Part shown: positions 55,534-64,000 of the stretch, piece after piece
Position numbering within the stretch: position 1 is the stretch's first letter
Layout of the letters: the number at the start of each line of letters is the position of its first letter
DNA from: Chrysomallon squamiferum
Taxonomy: Eukaryota; Animalia; Mollusca
Length of the DNA stretch: 64,000 nt
NCBI GenBank assembly: GCA_012295275.1
Contig: CM022670.1
Span: 31,434,001 to 31,498,000, forward strand
Direction: 5' to 3'
Position numbers and translations under genes: made by a program
The notes under the pieces: model-generated
Database searches by the model: none
What the model saw: only the letters and a program-made list of their open reading frames with translations
What the model was told of the DNA's origin: nothing

Positions 55534-56613
55534 TATCAAGAGAAACTCGAATGAATATTAATTTTAAAATTGTAATCTTTTCTAATATTCGAGAAATAAG
55601 GAATTAGAAAACTAAGACCAGAGAGAGAGAAAATAAATGATAGAAGAGACGATAACAGAAAATAGAGGTAGCTGTACAGAAAGAACAAGAGAGAAGATGA
55701 GAAAGATAGGTAAAAAATAGAAGATGACACTAAAATAAAAAAATAAAAATAATAATAAAATATAATATAATAAAGAGAGAAGAGAAAAAGATATGATGTT
55801 CATGAGTAATTTAAAGTTCAGTGATATCGGCATACAATGTGTACTTACAGTAGTACAGCACTCACATCAATTAACATCTGTGTACAAGTGAGTCTAAACG
55901 ATTCATTAAAACGCAGCAGTTTCAAATGCATCTTATAAATGTTCTTTTATCAAAGATATGGAAATAAAAATACGTGGGAGGTCTAAACAAAATTTTTAAA
56001 ATGTCATTAATGTCAATTTCAAATATACTTTCAAGAACACTGCTGTATCCATTTGAATACCGAACATATTACGAACGGGAGTGTTAATTTTAATTAAACA
56101 AAACGCTGCTGTACATGCATTTCGTTTACAAGTTAGTTTCAACATAATAAAACCAATACGTATTCGCAATATGTCTTCAAAATGGGAGTAACTGATTTTC
56201 CGAGGACTTGTTGAAAGGCGCGTTCTGTTTTCGAAACAGGCACGGATTCAATGTTTATTGCTTGATTCTAAGATGAATATTCATTAGCATGCATCCCAAT
56301 TAAGTAAGATGATCATTTATTTATGAGAGAGAGAGAGAGAGAGAGTTTTCAACATATCAAATATATTTTGTCACAAACCTTTGAGACAAATAAATAAACT
56401 TTGGCATTATTTTTAATCTTTTTACATTATTTTCAAATAATAATAATAATAATAATAAAAATAATAATAGTAATACCTTCTTTTTTTAATTTTTTTATTA
56501 GTAAATCGAATTTTATAATGTGTGTACACTAATAATTTACAACTGTCAGATTGTTATGTTTATTTGACGAATTCTGGGAACGGGCCGTAATAATGATGGA
56601 TGTAATGTTCCAC

Positions 56614-56644
<31 letters not shown>

Positions 56645-59133
56645 TAATTAAATAAATAAAACTGGTTTGTAGTTGTTGTTTACGACCGGCTTATCATATA
56701 TGATGATTACGACGATAAGGGTAGTAATAATATAGCAAACACATACCGAAAGCTTTTATTTATTATTATTTATTTTGAAAATAAATAACAGATGGTATGT
56801 TGTGAAACAATTCTAAAATGTATTCTAAAAGATAATCAGTTACTTTTAATTTTATTGCTTTTTAACATTTTGATTAATCGGCATTTCACAAAATTAAAAC
56901 CCCGCTTCTGAGAATGTTTGTGGGGTGTGAGAATCCCTATAAAAGTCATTTGTAAAAAAGTAAAATAAAAAAGGTTCATGTGATATAAAAGCCATTTTAC
57001 AACAAATTGGTTTTATTTACATATTTATTGTTCTTTTGTTCTTTTTCTCTATTCTTGTTTGCGGATCGTTTTTGTTATCATCATCATCAATATTTCCGTA
57101 CCTTTTTCTTTACGCTTTTATCTTTTTTTCTCTTTTTTTTCAGTCTTTAAGGAGAAATATCTGTTCCATTGATCTATTTATATAATATAAATGTATATTA
57201 TTAGCCAGTCTACTTAATAATTTCAATGATAATTAGGTTTTCAATGATAATAACAATATTTCGGTAAGACAGCATAGATTTCGCTTATTTTAATTCACAG
57301 CCAGCATATACTGTGATATTTATGTGTAAGAAGTCAAACCACTATAGTTTTTACCGTAGTAAGTGAACTGCTTTGCTCTTACACGATTGGAACTTAAAAA
57401 TGGAGACGGAACTTTGAACATCGCGACAAAGTGTGGATTTCTGCTATCTTGTTTTATTATGGTTGGAATATTGATAAATCAACTCATCACATATTTGAAT
57501 AATGATATTAAATGACTAATGCATAAAGACGTGATACTTCGATATGATTTAATTTGTTAATTATACACGGAATTTAATCTGAGTGGAACCATATCAGACG
57601 TGCTTTACAACAGTTTCACACAGAATGCATTATTCCATCTCAGGTAGACTAGGAAGATCCATTTTCAGATAGCGCAGATTTATAAACGATGATGATAGAT
57701 ATTCATGAAAATATGAAGAACTATATTAAGACTACTTCAGTGGTGGGGGAAAAAAAAGAAAAGGCATGCAACCAAAATGTAGTTCTCATATCTATTATCC
57801 TATCACCTCCTAAAAAGAAATTTGACAAAAATAAAATAAAGACATAAAAATAAATGAAACAAACAAAAACATGAGAGATAAAAGAAAACATTAATTTACT
57901 ACGATTAATGCAGTATTACACAATGCCATTAAAAACGAACAACGACACCATTCTTCAGAATTTATTCAATGTTCCTTGTGTCAGATATAACATTTCTATT
58001 ATTTAATGATATTCTCTGCTGTAGTAAATGGTTATACTTTTAAAATATGAAACAATGATCATTCATTAGCTGTCTAAAAAGACTACAAAGAATACATCTG
58101 GCACATTTTAATATTAATAACAGATCTCAATAAATTATTAACAAATTTGTGTCCATTGGAGACCGCTATAAGAAAACGTGGGAAAAACGAAAAAAAAAAC
58201 AAAAAAAAAAAAAAACATTGTACATCAATTAGGGACATCTTCCAAAACAGTGATTTTTTTATTTGAAGAAAAAAAAAAACCCAAACCCCCCCACATCTAC
58301 GCTAAAAAATGTATAACTATATTTCTTAGTGAATATATTTACTGTATAATGATCAATTGAAAAAATGGCAGCATATTAATGTTTTTTATGTTTAATAACG
58401 CTATTGTATACTTCTTAACTTTATTTATCAAAAATTTACTTTCCACCGTTTGAATAATAAAAAACAATGAAAAACTATGGAAAACTATTAGTTGATAGTG
58501 AAGATAAATATTTTTCTTAGCTTTATTTTAAAGCAAAATGAAGATCCAATGTAAAACAAAAATTCAAAAATATATTCAGCTTTTGAAATACCAGGACAAG
58601 ATTCATAATTGTTATTCTCAATATGTAATATTAACAATAAAGTAATGGAAAGCTTTTATTTTATTCTTTAATCACAAAACATACAGATTTGTATCAAAGA
58701 CAAACTGGTATGCATCAGTTCTATACTTTTTCAATTATCAGAATTATCAATTTTGAACAAGTACATTTTGTAAACAAATACTGTATTACTGCAATTAGGC
58801 GAAATTATCAAAGTCATCAGAACAAATTTAAACACCATGAAAATGGAAGTCAAGATAAATATACCACTAATAAAACAGTTGATCATTAGCCTGGAAAATA
58901 CACAAATTAATAAAACAACACAAAGCAACAAAAAAGGGAATCACAAATTTCTGAATGTTCTATATAAAATATTTTTGATGTAGGATGAGGCCAGAACTAC
59001 TGAAGAGAACAATAAGAAATATCTGTAGGATCTTCCCCACAAAAAAAAAAAAAAAAATTAAACTTTTATCCAGTCTAGTTGGATTGCACTGTTGCCAGTG
59101 TTGTTTTTTTTGTACACAATGAAAGTTTTTAGT

Positions 59134-63938
<4,805 letters not shown>

Positions 63939-64000
63939 TTAATTATTTCGATAGCATAAATGTTTAAATTATAATCATTTTAAATATTTGAAGAGATTAG

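Overview
AT-rich, intron-rich eukaryotic (animal) genomic DNA. By style it looks like an invertebrate, possibly a mollusc; that assignment is inference only. Two spliced genes lie on the minus strand. (1) patched (ptc/PTCH, the Hedgehog receptor): 23 coding exons were reconstructed by hand from 48733 down to 442. All have GT-AG boundaries in consistent phase and give 1079 codons. The last transmembrane helices and the C-tail lie beyond position 1, and intron 2 is about 20.8 kb. (2) The 3' end of VCP/p97/TER94/CDC48: four exons (63900 to 59134) ending in the HbYX tail ...DDDDLYS*. Most ORF-track calls are exon fragments or low-complexity artefacts. The most notable non-coding signals are: a perfect 49-bp palindrome in ptc intron 5 that carries two optimal Gli/Ci sites; strong enrichment of Gli sites across the ptc locus, including one near the promoter; a candidate frame-preserving 12-nt microexon or alternative C-terminus in the last VCP intron; a CpG-retaining domain (about 46.2-58.4 kb) between two CpG-depleted gene bodies; and a complex ptc 5' leader. 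No prokaryotic features, CRISPR arrays, rRNA or intact tRNA were seen.
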